Position numbers and translations under genes: made by a program
Notes under the pieces: generated by a model
Seen by the model: the letters and a program-made list of their open reading frames with translations, nothing else
What the model was told of the DNA's origin: nothing
Database searches by the model: none
Shown here: piece by piece, positions 20,222 to 30,147 of the stretch
Numbering within the stretch: the stretch's first letter is position 1
How the letters are laid out: each line of letters begins with the position of its first letter
From: a virus
Reading direction: 5' to 3' (one strand)
IMG/VR virus record: IMGVR_UViG_3300032242_001694
DNA length: 64,000 nucleotides

Positions 20222-20926
20222 TCAACCATTAATCTCGAACGGGCTGGTGCCGTCGAAGATGGTGAGCATCGCGTCCATGTAGAAAGCTTTCTGCTTGACA
20301 AACACCTGAGGTAGCTCGTTGTCCACTGCGATTACGATCGCGATTTGGGGAATCTTTTGGCCTGTAAGCTCCTCAGCCATGGTGGCGTAGCACGTAGCTT
20401 GGATGAAGTAGCTCTGGATATACGACTCCTGCTTGAGTCTCAGGCTGGTCTTGAAGTCTACAACTGACATCACTCCGTCGAACATGGCGATACAGTCAGT
20501 CTGGCCTGCGGTGTGTAGTCTGGCTGAGTAGAGTGGAGCCTCGATGGCGTGGATGACTCCGACTCTCTCGTCTAGGACTGGCCTGATGCTGTCAAACGTC
20601 ATCTTGTTGACAGGCATAGTCTTGGCTGGATAGTTCTCCTCGTTGAGCAGGTAAGCTTCTGCGATCGCGTGGATAGCTGTGCCGCGATTCCCAGCCTGAA
20701 CTCTTATGCGCTCAGCCTTCTCAGCTCCCACTGAGTTCTGCCACTTTACTAGGCCAGACTTGTCAGTGCGAGCTCCCAGTATCGTGGTGACTGACGGGTA
20801 TGGAACTCCGTCAGCCCCGATGTAGTGTCTGTTCCCGTCAATCTCAGTTCTTACTAGAGGCTGGAAGGTCCAGAAGTCGTGCTCGAAGTTCCGGCTACGC
20901 GGTAATCTTGAGTCTTGTCTTAGCAA
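20222..20926 (-). CDS. PD-(D/E)XK exonuclease (T4-like phage type)
   Basis: PSVTTIL, RGTAIH, AGQTDC, VDFKTS and Q..CYA motifs. Confidence 0.85.
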   Translation of the reverse strand: MLRQDSRLPRSRNFEHDFWTFQPLVRTEIDGNRHYIGADGVPYPSVTTILGARTDKSGLVKWQNSVGAEKAERIRVQAGNRGTAIHAIAEAYLLNEENYPAKTMPVNKMTFDSIRPVLDERVGVIHAIEAPLYSARLHTAGQTDCIAMFDGVMSVVDFKTSLRLKQESYIQSYFIQATCYATMAEELTGQKIPQIAIVIAVDNELPQVFVKQKAFYMDAMLTIFDGTSPFEING

Positions 20927-21638
20927 TAATATATTCCTTCACCATTGCAGAGCGAACTATGTCGTTCTCATCAAATTCTATATGCTCGAACGTCTTCATG
21001 CGATTCAGGATCTTCATGAAGTCTATTAGGCCAGACTTCTCGTGATCTTTAGTGAAGTCAGACTGCCTGAAGTCACCACAGAACACGATCTTACAGTTCT
21101 TACCCACGCGAGTGATGACTGAGTCAAGCTCGTGCAGGGTCATGTTGGCTATCTCGTCTACCACAACGATGCTATCATTAAGAGTAATACCTCGTATGAA
21201 AGAAGTACTGATGAATTCCACAATTCCTCGCTGCTTGAGATACTCATAAGCATCTCCTCGTCCAAATAGTTCTGTAAAGATTGCTTGATATGGAGCTTCA
21301 TAGACCTTGGTCTTCTCTTTGTTGTTGCCTGGTAGGAATCCCATGTCGCGCGTGGGTACCACGCTTCTAACGATTACGAGCTTCTTGTACCTGTTATCTC
21401 CATCGAGTAGCTGCTTCATGGCTAGGTAGCATGAGATAAAGCTCTTGCCTGTACCGGCGATGCCGTGCAGCATCAGGTTCTTATCTCTTGCGTAGTACTC
21501 GAACGTGATGGTCTGGTTCTGAGTTAGTGGCTCGATGTTCTTGAGCTTAAAGTTAATCTTTACGCCGTTGTCTTCGCTTCCTCTTTCCTGCTGTTGAGTT
21601 CTCTTTTGTTTTCTCGTTAGACGCTTGGTTGGTTCCAT
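20895..21638 (-). CDS. phoH: PhoH-family ATPase
   Basis: GIAGTGKS, GFLPG, FIRGITL, DE..N, GD..QSD. Confidence 0.93.
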   Translation of the reverse strand: MEPTKRLTRKQKRTQQQERGSEDNGVKINFKLKNIEPLTQNQTITFEYYARDKNLMLHGIAGTGKSFISCYLAMKQLLDGDNRYKKLVIVRSVVPTRDMGFLPGNNKEKTKVYEAPYQAIFTELFGRGDAYEYLKQRGIVEFISTSFIRGITLNDSIVVVDEIANMTLHELDSVITRVGKNCKIVFCGDFRQSDFTKDHEKSGLIDFMKILNRMKTFEHIEFDENDIVRSAMVKEYIIAKTRLKITA

Positions 21639-21662
21639 GCTTATCTTTCTTATGCGTAGTGG

Positions 21663-21902
21663 TTAGAACGTATTAATAGTAGAGCGTGAAACACCACGCT
21701 GGTTACTCCTCTTAATACTCTTGAGTAGATCTCTAAATCCATTGTCGGGCTTTTGTGGTCGACCCGACACGATCATTGGAGATCCGGTGAGAAGCTGCTC
21801 AAGGTGTGGATTCTCCTTGAGATAGTCGTCAACCGCCGAGATGCTCATGAACTCTGAGAACTCTTCGTTGGTCTTCTTATTTAGAAAATTGTACGTCGGC
21901 AT
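21663..21902 (-). CDS. FmdB-like small protein
   Basis: MPTY.F N-terminus. Confidence 0.6.
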   Translation of the reverse strand: MPTYNFLNKKTNEEFSEFMSISAVDDYLKENPHLEQLLTGSPMIVSGRPQKPDNGFRDLLKSIKRSNQRGVSRSTINTF

Positions 21903-22541
21903 TTTGCAAATCCATTAGTTCTTCTTCAATCATGTAGTCAAAGTAGTCTGGATCCATTCCATCTTCGACTGTGAGCTCTTCAACGTCGCCGACGCGTAGA
22001 GCGCGCTCGATCCTGCGCTCTAGCTTCTTGTTCTTTGTCTCCTGACGTGATTCATAATCGCCATCATAATAATCGCGTTCATTGTTTCTACGTCTCGTCT
22101 TACTCATTTGATCTGTGACTCCAGTGGTAGCAGGTCTGGAAATGCAGCGCGGACTAAGTCAGCGTCGATGCCCTTGACCGGTGGTTTCTTATCCTTGATA
22201 GCGCACAGCATGAGAGCGTCTGCAGGCGTGCAGTTCTCAAGCAGTGCAATGAACATCATCTCGCGCTGAGCCTGTGTCTTCACGGGAGCTCCACCCTCAA
22301 CGTAGTAGCTCAGCTTCTTGACTTCGCGAAGCAGGACTGACTCCTGGTCCTGCAGCTCATTAGCCTTGAACGGAGGCTGGCCTTCAGGAAGCAGCCACTT
22401 GATCCGTGGATCGAATGCTCCTTGCAAGATAGTTCTAAGCTCAAAGCTGTTGTTAGCCTGTAGAGCTGCGATCTTCTCATCACGCTTTTTCAATTTAGAG
22501 ACTGCCTCTAAAAACTCGGCCATGCCGATTACTGTAGCCAT
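21877..22541 (-). CDS. Two conserved hypothetical genes (21877-22107, 22104-22541)
   Basis: Overlapping ORFs; the second has W.LPEG.PP, typical of the gene next to rnh in T4-like phages. Confidence 0.65.
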
Positions 22542-22543
22542 TA

Positions 22544-23398
22544 TTAAAACTCCTGAATATGTTCTGTTAGATGTTTAAGCTTGTTATTGATGAAGTAGTT
22601 CCAAAGCTTGTCGCGACCCTTGGACTCAAACTTATTGTACTCGTCCAAGATCTTTTCCTCAACTGACTGAGGAATAGAGCTGAGATCGATAAGCTTGATG
22701 TTGCGCTGGTAGTTGCGAAGAGTCGTGGTGTCGACGTGAGCTGAGAGATTGCCAAAGATGTCAAGCATCGCGTCAATCTTTTTCTGAGTCAGAGGCTTCT
22801 GACGCTTGTTAGGAGTGACGAATGTGTCGTCGTCGGAGAGTACGTTGGGCACGCCATCGCCTGTATCGCCGCGAAGGATATGCTCGCGCTTGTACTGCTT
22901 GGGATTGGCGTGACTGATCCACTTCTTGCGTACTGGATCGTACTGCTTGACGTTGGCGTGAGTGTGGAGCTGGATGAAGTCTTTGTCGCCGGAGAGGATC
23001 AAGATGTCCTCGTACTCGTTGTGCTTGCAGAGCGTAGCGATGATGTCGTCGGCCTCGCATGAGTCTACATCGACAACTTTGTAGGGAAAGAACTCCTTGA
23101 GCTCAGCGCGAATCTTATTCATGCACTCAAAGATAGCAGCCCAGTCAAGCTCGGAAGCTTCCTGTGACTTCTTGCGATTAGCTTTATAGTAGGGAAATAC
23201 CTGCTTGCGCCAGTAGTTCTTGTTGTCGCACGCAATAACCAGCTCGCCAAACTCAGCGGAGAACTTATTGCGATACGAGCGGAGAGAGTTGAGAACCATG
23301 TGGCGTACCATGTTCTCCTCAACCTCAGCGTTGGTGTGATTGCCCAACTGCATCATTAGATTAGATAGCATAACTTGTGAAAGATCCACAATGATCAT
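22544..23398 (-). CDS. rnh: T4-type RNase H (5'-3' exonuclease)
   Basis: YWRK..FPYYK..R, EADD, SGDKDF.QL, GD.GDG.PN. Confidence 0.93.
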   Translation of the reverse strand: MIIVDLSQVMLSNLMMQLGNHTNAEVEENMVRHMVLNSLRSYRNKFSAEFGELVIACDNKNYWRKQVFPYYKANRKKSQEASELDWAAIFECMNKIRAELKEFFPYKVVDVDSCEADDIIATLCKHNEYEDILILSGDKDFIQLHTHANVKQYDPVRKKWISHANPKQYKREHILRGDTGDGVPNVLSDDDTFVTPNKRQKPLTQKKIDAMLDIFGNLSAHVDTTTLRNYQRNIKLIDLSSIPQSVEEKILDEYNKFESKGRDKLWNYFINNKLKHLTEHIQEF

Positions 23399-23410
23399 GA
23401 TGTTACAGCC

Positions 23411-23800
23411 TCAGCTGTTTCCTTTCTCTGGGTTTCTAAACTTTAAGTCGATGGAGTCAACTACTCGTAGTGTACCGATCTCAGCACCTTCATCGGTGAA
23501 TACGCTATTGGCCAGCTCGGTGAATGGATGCTCCATGCCGTGATACTTACAAAGAAGAGCCCTCACCGCCTCAACGATGAAAGCTCCGTCTTTAATGTAT
23601 GCGTCTTCCTGATCTTCCTCGATGCCGAAGTCAAAGGCTGCTGCCTCGAGTTGAGTGAATAGCTGTGGAATCACGTTGGCCAATGTCTCGTTGATGTGAT
23701 AGTGCTTGAGGAACGACATGCGGTCGTCGACTTCAGACTCGTCTAACGGGATAAACTTAGTGTTTGAGTTACTCTTTGGAAACTTTATGACGTTGTCCAT
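23411..23800 (-). CDS. Hypothetical protein
   Basis: MDNVIKFP start; preceded by TTGACA at 23839-23844. Confidence 0.65.
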   Translation of the reverse strand: MDNVIKFPKSNSNTKFIPLDESEVDDRMSFLKHYHINETLANVIPQLFTQLEAAAFDFGIEEDQEDAYIKDGAFIVEAVRALLCKYHGMEHPFTELANSVFTDEGAEIGTLRVVDSIDLKFRNPEKGNS

Positions 23801-23853
23801 TTGGTTCCTATTATGATATTAAACTAGCTACTCATTATTGTCAACTAGTTTAT

Positions 23854-24846
23854 TTATGCGTTGTCGCTTGCCAGAACGGTAGAGCCCTCGGTGGTGAACT
23901 TAAAGTCGTACACCTTGCACTGTGTATTGCACTCTAGATCGTTGATTAGTCCTGCTCTTTTGTCCTGTGGTACGTAGAACACGAAGAACCCGCCACCACC
24001 TGCACCGAGAAGCTTACCACCTAGAGCTCCAGCTTTCATTGCGCAAGTATAGACTTCGTCGAAGTAGTCGCTGGTGATCTCCTTGACGATACTCTTCTTA
24101 TCCATCCACGCATCGTTGAGCAGGGCACCGAATGAATCTACGTCGCGATCGATCAGGTGACCCAGCGCAATGTAAGCCTTATCGCGACTTCTCTTCACAA
24201 GATTTAACTTATCTTTATCACTCATCGCAGCGCTCTGCTTCTGCAGGATGCTGTTGGCCGAACGACCGATCCCGCTGTACACGAGTAGCAGGTTGTTCTC
24301 GAGTAGCTTCAGCGTGAACGGATCAATCTTGGATGTGTCGTACAGTATTACCTGATCTTTAGCGAACTGGAACAGGTTGACTCCACCCCAAGCAGCTGCG
24401 TACTGGTCCTGCTTACCAACGGGATACCCACACTTCTCCATCTCAATCATGCACGCGCACTCGGCGAGCTGACTCTTGTTTGGCCTGATGCCCGAGTAGC
24501 TCGAGAGCGCGTTGACGAGTCCGACTGTAAATGCAGATGAAGACCCCAGTCCCGATCCCTTGGACAAGATGTCCGAGATGGATGAGACAGTGATCTCCTT
24601 GTTGATCTGAAAGTACTTGAGCGTCTCGCTCGTGATACCGCTCTGCATTGTCTCTACGTCCGGAAACTCCTCGATCTGGTCATACATGACCTTGACACCC
24701 ATGTGCTTGGTCTTATGCAGCATAACGTAGATGTACTTGTCGATCGTGACTGACAGGGCAGCACCGAGATCATCTTTATAAAACGACGGCATGTCACTGC
24801 CGCCGGAGAAGAAGCTGATGCGAACTGGTGTGCGGGTGATGATCAT
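23854..24846 (-). CDS. hddA: GHMP kinase, HddA-like heptose-7-phosphate 1-kinase
   Basis: TP.RISF..GGSD, GSGLGSSS, GKQDQY, GGKLLGAGGGG. Confidence 0.85.
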   Translation of the reverse strand: MIITRTPVRISFFSGGSDMPSFYKDDLGAALSVTIDKYIYVMLHKTKHMGVKVMYDQIEEFPDVETMQSGITSETLKYFQINKEITVSSISDILSKGSGLGSSSAFTVGLVNALSSYSGIRPNKSQLAECACMIEMEKCGYPVGKQDQYAAAWGGVNLFQFAKDQVILYDTSKIDPFTLKLLENNLLLVYSGIGRSANSILQKQSAAMSDKDKLNLVKRSRDKAYIALGHLIDRDVDSFGALLNDAWMDKKSIVKEITSDYFDEVYTCAMKAGALGGKLLGAGGGGFFVFYVPQDKRAGLINDLECNTQCKVYDFKFTTEGSTVLASDNA

Positions 24847-25844
24847 GTCTTATACCTAAACATCTCTACTGGTTTCTTGCGCGACTCTACGTCTGGATAA
24901 TTTTTGAGCATAGAGCTGAGTAGAGTCTCCCACTTAGACTTGATGCGATCGATGTTGTAGCGACTATCCACGAAGAACTTATTGAACCGGATAACTTCCT
25001 CACTCTTCTTAGTCTCTACCATATGGATCGCTGCTTCGAGGTGACGAGCAAAGATGTTGGCGTGCTCGTTCTTGTTGTTAAAGTCACCCTGATACATGAT
25101 GTTGAGAGCTCCTGAAGTCTCAGGAAGTGCGCCAAAGTTAGGATGCACGCACAACAAGCCAGCAGACATAGCCTCAAGCATTGCGCGACAGCTGGTCTCT
25201 AGCCAGATGCTGGGATACGCGTGGATGTGAGCTGTGTTAAGGTAAGACTTGAGATCGTCGTTGGGTACGAACCCGTGATAAGTCATCTGAGGATGACTGC
25301 GAATCTCGTCGTAGAGTGGCTCGAACTGTTCATCAGCTTGATCCCAGCCATAGATCTTAAAGCTTGAGAACACGTCGAGATGAATGTTGGGATACTTCTC
25401 AGCCAGATGCTTGAACACTGGCACCAGCAGCTCCAGCCCACGCTGCGGAGTAGACGTATAGCAGATGTGGATCTTACCGTCGTAGTCTTTCTGCAGACAG
25501 CTATTAGGAGCTGGCTCGATACCAGACTCAAGGATGATAGACTTATTGTCGTAAGGCAAGCCGTGAACTAGCTGGTAGCGCTGGTACTGCCAGTCAGAAA
25601 TGAACACGAACTTGTGGATGCTGTCGATAAAGTTCTTATCTTGAAACTTCTTGCTCTCCGGATCTTCAGGTAGATCGTGACACCAGAATAGCCTGATCTT
25701 ATCTTCTTCAAACTCGCGATGGCGAGACGAGATGATCTGGAAGTTCTCGAGTAACTTCGGGTCAATGATCTGTGCTAGCTTTCTCTTCGCAATCTCCGTA
25801 CCGCCGAACGCGTTCTTGGAGATCTCATTCTCTTCAAAACTCAT
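24843..25844 (-). CDS. GT-B glycosyltransferase
   Basis: GGTE, YTSTPQRGL, YPS.W.ETSC..MLEA, GALPET. Confidence 0.85.
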   Translation of the reverse strand: MSFEENEISKNAFGGTEIAKRKLAQIIDPKLLENFQIISSRHREFEEDKIRLFWCHDLPEDPESKKFQDKNFIDSIHKFVFISDWQYQRYQLVHGLPYDNKSIILESGIEPAPNSCLQKDYDGKIHICYTSTPQRGLELLVPVFKHLAEKYPNIHLDVFSSFKIYGWDQADEQFEPLYDEIRSHPQMTYHGFVPNDDLKSYLNTAHIHAYPSIWLETSCRAMLEAMSAGLLCVHPNFGALPETSGALNIMYQGDFNNKNEHANIFARHLEAAIHMVETKKSEEVIRFNKFFVDSRYNIDRIKSKWETLLSSMLKNYPDVESRKKPVEMFRYKT

Positions 25845-26575
25845 ATTGTAAATCCACTCTTGGTTGCATCATTGAAGAACATCTTACACGTATCGAGAGA
25901 GAACTCATTCAAGTCTTTGCCGAGTATGTCAAGCTTCTTGATCAAGTCTGGAGTCATCGTGATGATGTCTGCTCCAACCCTCTCTGCCTGAATATAATTA
26001 TATGATTCACGAGGTGATGCCCAGAGTAACTCAACATTGTAAAGCATGTCCGAGTCGTGCTGCAACAAGCGATAAGCTTTAGCATCTTCAAACACTTCGA
26101 TAGGATCTACACCAGCGTCTGCAATGCGACCGGCAAAGATTGAGATGATTGATGGTACTTTTGGATTTAAGTTGGCGAGTGTAGTGATTACTTGAGCAAC
26201 TGTGAACACAGCCGTTACGTTGAGCTTGACGCCTTCATGACTGAGATGCTTAATGACTTGACTCGTGTAAAGCCCATTAGTGAACATGATTGGGATCTTT
26301 ACATAGATCGGGTAATTGTACTTACTGGACCACTCATGTATCTTGAGAGCCTGATCTACCATTCCGTAGTGGTCGTCTGCAAAGACCTCAAAGCTAATAC
26401 ACGTATCAGGTCGAGTAGTTGACAAAAAGTCCAGCACTTTGTGTGCGAACTCACCATAGTCAGTCACTCCTGCTTGTCGCATCAAAGTTGGGTTGGTAGT
26501 AAATCCCGTGATTTGTGAGTTTTGAGATGCTTTAACAATACCGTCAAAGTCTGCGCCATCAGCGAACAGCTTCAT
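25841..26575 (-). CDS. tal: Transaldolase (TalC-like)
   Basis: Start MKLFADGA at 26575; GFTTNPTL, YVKIP, NVTA.F, FAGRI.D, WASPRE. Confidence 0.9.
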   Translation of the reverse strand: MKLFADGADFDGIVKASQNSQITGFTTNPTLMRQAGVTDYGEFAHKVLDFLSTTRPDTCISFEVFADDHYGMVDQALKIHEWSSKYNYPIYVKIPIMFTNGLYTSQVIKHLSHEGVKLNVTAVFTVAQVITTLANLNPKVPSIISIFAGRIADAGVDPIEVFEDAKAYRLLQHDSDMLYNVELLWASPRESYNYIQAERVGADIITMTPDLIKKLDILGKDLNEFSLDTCKMFFNDATKSGFTI

Positions 26576-27083
26576 TATATAACTCCTTAATGATTTCACA
26601 TGCGTGTAGTATATTAGCAGCGTAGTAGTCTGGCTCTTTATCAAGAGGCTGGCCACCGATGTAGATAGTCTTTACACCAGCAGCTCTACCAGCCTCAATG
26701 TCTTTCCATGAATCGCCGATCATAAAGCTCTTACTCTTATCGACTGAGTAGTAGTTGGTGAGCTCGTTAATCATACCTGGATTAGGCTTGTAAAGCTCAG
26801 AACCTCTGCGACAAGCGCAGAGGTAATCGTCGATCTTTAGATCTCTCTTGATCTTTAGCATGATCTTAGACAAGTCGTCAAATGTCATCTTAAAGTCAAG
26901 AGCGTCTGGCTGATTTGTGACTATAAAAGTATTATATCCAAGTTCTTTAACTATGTCAATAGCTTTGTTGACGTCCGGTAGATACTCAAACTCTTCAAGC
27001 TTCCAAGGAGGTAGCTTAACACCATCCCTGTCAATCATCTTGTTGATGACGCCGTCGCGATCAAAGAATATAGCTTTTACCAT
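26559..27083 (-). CDS. gmhB: Heptose-1,7-bisphosphate phosphatase (HAD)
   Basis: FFDRDGVIN, VTNQ, KP.PGM, MIGDS..D..AG. Confidence 0.88.
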   Translation of the reverse strand: MVKAIFFDRDGVINKMIDRDGVKLPPWKLEEFEYLPDVNKAIDIVKELGYNTFIVTNQPDALDFKMTFDDLSKIMLKIKRDLKIDDYLCACRRGSELYKPNPGMINELTNYYSVDKSKSFMIGDSWKDIEAGRAAGVKTIYIGGQPLDKEPDYYAANILHACEIIKELYNEAVR

Positions 27084-27664
27084 TTTGTCTTCTTGATCTG
27101 GAGCTTAGGATGAGATACTACGCAGTGCCACACTACTGCTTGAAAAGCTTCGCTGTGTGGAGTAACTCTTTTAGGTGACAGCTCAGGAACTACCACTGCG
27201 ACGTCAGAGTGTAAAGCAGCGTAGCCGTTCTTCTTGCCAACGATACAAACTACTGTGCCGTCCATTTCACGAGCTTCTTTAATAGCTTCAATTAAGTTAA
27301 CAGACACATTCTTCTGTTCGTCACCACCACCCACTGACAAGATAAAGATGGCGTCATTGTGACGAAACTTGCTTACGTTTAGATACTCTCGGAAGACTGT
27401 GTCAAAGCCTTCATCGTTTGTGCGAGCAGTGAGTTCGCTAACATTATCTGTGGGAGCATAAGCCTCAATCCCACAGAGCTTGCGTAGATCATTGACGAGA
27501 TGGGAAGCATTGCCAGCTGAACCGCCGACACCAAGTACAAACACTCGGCCGTCGGTAACGTCTCGGACTTTGACAAGTGCATTGACCAGTTCCTCTACTT
27601 TGTTTTTGTCGATAGCATTAGCAATATCAATTACTTCGTTGAAGTACTCATTAGCAAAACTCAT
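27077..27664 (-). CDS. gmhA: Phosphoheptose isomerase (SIS domain)
   Basis: G.GGSA.NASH..NDL.K, TA..ND.G. Confidence 0.85.
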   Translation of the reverse strand: MSFANEYFNEVIDIANAIDKNKVEELVNALVKVRDVTDGRVFVLGVGGSAGNASHLVNDLRKLCGIEAYAPTDNVSELTARTNDEGFDTVFREYLNVSKFRHNDAIFILSVGGGDEQKNVSVNLIEAIKEAREMDGTVVCIVGKKNGYAALHSDVAVVVPELSPKRVTPHSEAFQAVVWHCVVSHPKLQIKKTKW

Positions 27665-28062
27665 TTCAATCGTCCTCTCAGTTCACTCGAGCTATAACTA
27701 TGCGCGCGATGGTTGAATACTATATTTATGCCGCGGATGTCGCAGATGGATTGTCCGGTAATCTTATCATTAAAGTGATCGGCACCAACAAACCGTGTAT
27801 TGATCTCAAGAGTTCCCATCATATTTACGAGATCTTTCTCGGTATCGTATGGGATGATCTCATCTACAAACTTGCAGGCGTTGAGCTGCATCCATCTTTC
27901 ATAGATCGTTTGAATAGGCTTATTCTTCTCTGGCCTGTCGATAGTTGGGTCGCTGTGTAGTCCAACTATTAGATAATCACATTCTTTCTTACACTCAGCA
28001 AGCATTGCAAGATGACCTGGATGTAGTAGGTCAAAAGCCCCGCATGTAAATCCCACGTTCAT
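27661..28062 (-). CDS. HIGH-superfamily sugar-phosphate nucleotidyltransferase (TagD/RfaE-II-like)
   Basis: GAFDLLHPGH, KNKP, ER, SSSELR. Confidence 0.85.
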   Translation of the reverse strand: MNVGFTCGAFDLLHPGHLAMLAECKKECDYLIVGLHSDPTIDRPEKNKPIQTIYERWMQLNACKFVDEIIPYDTEKDLVNMMGTLEINTRFVGADHFNDKITGQSICDIRGINIVFNHRAHSYSSSELRGRLK

Positions 28063-28619
28063 TACTTAATCCTAAATGTTCTAGCCTCACCGTGTCGACG
28101 TCCTAAAAGCTCTACCTCAAAGCCGGTATCATTGAGGAACTCGAGAAAAGCCTTGAACTCATGATTCTCATAACCAGGATAGTCCATGAACTCGTCGAAT
28201 GCAATTACAGTTCCAGAGCGAATACGCTTCTTAAGCTTCTGCAAGATACAAGCAGCTGCTGAGTAGATATCTACATCGATATGGATGAAAGACACTGGGC
28301 CTTTATTAGCTTTTAGAAAGCCATCAATTGTATCTTCGATGAGACCGACTACCAAGACTACATTGTCTTTTACAGTTGGCACCTCACACTTGAAAGATCC
28401 TTTGCCGATGCTAGGTCGCCAATCTTCAGGTAATCCTTCAAACGAGTCAAAACCATAGACCTTGTCTGTTGTATGCTCAGCAATTTCATTGATAGTTCTA
28501 CCACTGGCAACTCCAAACTCAATGATCATACCTTTAGCTTTGCAGAACTGAAGCATCTGCTCAAAGCCGTGAGGATCATAGTTGGAGTTGGCTAGAGCGT
28601 AGAGTTCTTCAGACGTCAT
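28062..28619 (-). CDS. TylF/MycF-like SAM O-methyltransferase
   Basis: EFGV.SG, GFDSFEGLPEDW, HIDVDIY, FDE. Confidence 0.8.
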   Translation of the reverse strand: MTSEELYALANSNYDPHGFEQMLQFCKAKGMIIEFGVASGRTINEIAEHTTDKVYGFDSFEGLPEDWRPSIGKGSFKCEVPTVKDNVVLVVGLIEDTIDGFLKANKGPVSFIHIDVDIYSAAACILQKLKKRIRSGTVIAFDEFMDYPGYENHEFKAFLEFLNDTGFEVELLGRRHGEARTFRIK

Positions 28620-29434
28620 TTGATCACCATGTAAGTGTTCTTGCCATCGGCAACAGTTTCGTTGTGCAAGAAGAACTCTGGATTGCGATCGGCAAACTTC
28701 TCTTTAAAGTAGTCTTCGTTGTTGATCGTGCCAAAGATCTTAGCCTGATACATAAGCAGCCAGTTAGTAGAGTCGACGATGCGTTCCATGATTGTCTCAC
28801 GGAAGTCAATCGGGATCTCACTGAGTGACCAAGTAGCGATTACCAGATCTGCTTTCTCAAGCTCTGACGGCTCAGTTGCGAAGTTACATGCGATGTCTTG
28901 CTTCTCCAGATAGTAGCGCTGGACGTTCTGTACTTCTGGGAAGTCGTAGATCGTGTACTTGCCGGTGAAGCCCATGTCATGAACTACCGAGCACATGTCA
29001 CCGTAGCCTCCACCGATCTCAACGATGCTCTTGTATCCCTGCAGCATCTCAGGAGTAAATCCGCAGATGGCAAGGTGAGCTACGTTTTGAACGCGCTGCA
29101 TGCTTGTGTCGAAGTCGTCTGCTACTTTAAGAAATCCATTCTGAGACTCAGGAATACCGATCCAGTTCTCGCGAAGCGCGTAGGCTACCTTCTCATCCTT
29201 CATCGCTGCGTCGAATGCAGCACCAAGGAAACGAGCTACTCGGCCAGTAGTTACAAGCGGTACGTTGTGAACTGATGCCCAGAGGCGGAAGCGAGAGAGT
29301 GGCAAGGTGGCTGTGTCGTGCTCGAACACCTTGCGCATGGTTGGCCAGTACTCTGGTCCATTTACCTGTTTAGCCTTGATCTGCGTCTGAGACATCTCTG
29401 ACTCATGATTAAAGTCGGACCAAATATAATTCAT
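28616..29434 (-). CDS. Putative sugar O-methyltransferase
   Basis: VEIGGGYG, YD.PE...QRYYL, ATWSLSE; start MNYIW after GGAG. Confidence 0.75.
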   Translation of the reverse strand: MNYIWSDFNHESEMSQTQIKAKQVNGPEYWPTMRKVFEHDTATLPLSRFRLWASVHNVPLVTTGRVARFLGAAFDAAMKDEKVAYALRENWIGIPESQNGFLKVADDFDTSMQRVQNVAHLAICGFTPEMLQGYKSIVEIGGGYGDMCSVVHDMGFTGKYTIYDFPEVQNVQRYYLEKQDIACNFATEPSELEKADLVIATWSLSEIPIDFRETIMERIVDSTNWLLMYQAKIFGTINNEDYFKEKFADRNPEFFLHNETVADGKNTYMVIK

Positions 29435-29449
29435 AACAAAAGTCTCCAA

Positions 29450-29818
29450 TTATTGCGGGCTAGGAGCTTGGCGCTCTAGGAATGCAGTGTTGTAAGTCGT
29501 TGCCTTGAAGTGCTTCTGAACAAGACTGATAACAGTCTCAGGATCAAAAGTCTTACAGGAAAACACGTCGAGATAGACATGGTCATGCTCGTTAACGAAG
29601 TGAGCGCAGATGTTACTGGTCTCGATAAGCTGTACTAGGGTGTACCCAGCCTTATTACCACTACCAAAATTTACAATTTGTGGTTCGCCATAAGCAACCA
29701 TGTCGATCTCAACGACAAGTTCTTTGACAAACGCATAGATGGTGTCATAGCTGGTGATCGCTTCGTGATCACAGCCGCCGGAATCGAGAATTAAGTGATA
29801 GCCCCAGTAGTCGCTCAT
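29450..29818 (-). CDS. speD: S-adenosylmethionine decarboxylase-like pyruvoyl proenzyme
   Basis: G.HLILD, GYT..QLIETSNI.AH, Y.DVFSCK.F. Confidence 0.85.
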   Translation of the reverse strand: MSDYWGYHLILDSGGCDHEAITSYDTIYAFVKELVVEIDMVAYGEPQIVNFGSGNKAGYTLVQLIETSNICAHFVNEHDHVYLDVFSCKTFDPETVISLVQKHFKATTYNTAFLERQAPSPQ

Positions 29819-29858
29819 TTCATGTATGCTCCTTTAGCGTTGAACGGTGTGTTATTTA

Positions 29859-30134
29859 TTAGAATCCATCAACGATTTCTGCGTACTCAACTGAGTCAAC
29901 GCGGAACGACCGCCAAGCATTCTTTTGGAGATCCCACACTGCGATAGTCTCTTGGTTCTCAGGACGCTTGTGTGCTTCCTCAAGAGCTACTTTGTTTGTC
30001 TGTGGTGGGAGGTTCTCAGGAAGGAGCGTGCAGATCATCTCACGCTTTTCTCCATTGACTTTTGTAAAGTGGATCTTACAAGTGTGGAGCTTTAGATCTT
30101 GCAGAAGGGTATCTCGGTTCACATAAGTTTGCAT
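29859..30134 (-). CDS. SH3/WYL_2-like small protein
   Basis: FTKVNGE.R.M.CTL ... VWDL....WRSF. Confidence 0.75.
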   Translation of the reverse strand: MQTYVNRDTLLQDLKLHTCKIHFTKVNGEKREMICTLLPENLPPQTNKVALEEAHKRPENQETIAVWDLQKNAWRSFRVDSVEYAEIVDGF

Positions 30135-30147
30135 AATATAGTTCCTA

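Larger units (their letters stand above)
9640..20225 (-). promoter_or_regulatory. Array of early sigma70-type promoters GTTGACAT(A/T)AT(T/C)-N-TA(T/G)(A/G)(A/C/T)T; -35 boxes at 9671, 10099, 12535, 14744, 15347, 15954, 16585, 16934, 17433, 17900, 18214, 18539, 20220
   Basis: Each appears as tgtcaac on the + strand directly upstream of a minus-strand gene, with 16-18 nt spacing to a TA-rich -10. Confidence 0.88.

Noticed and set aside
20222-20926. Cas4/CRISPR association
   Set aside because: Lacks the four Fe-S cysteines; no array or other cas genes.
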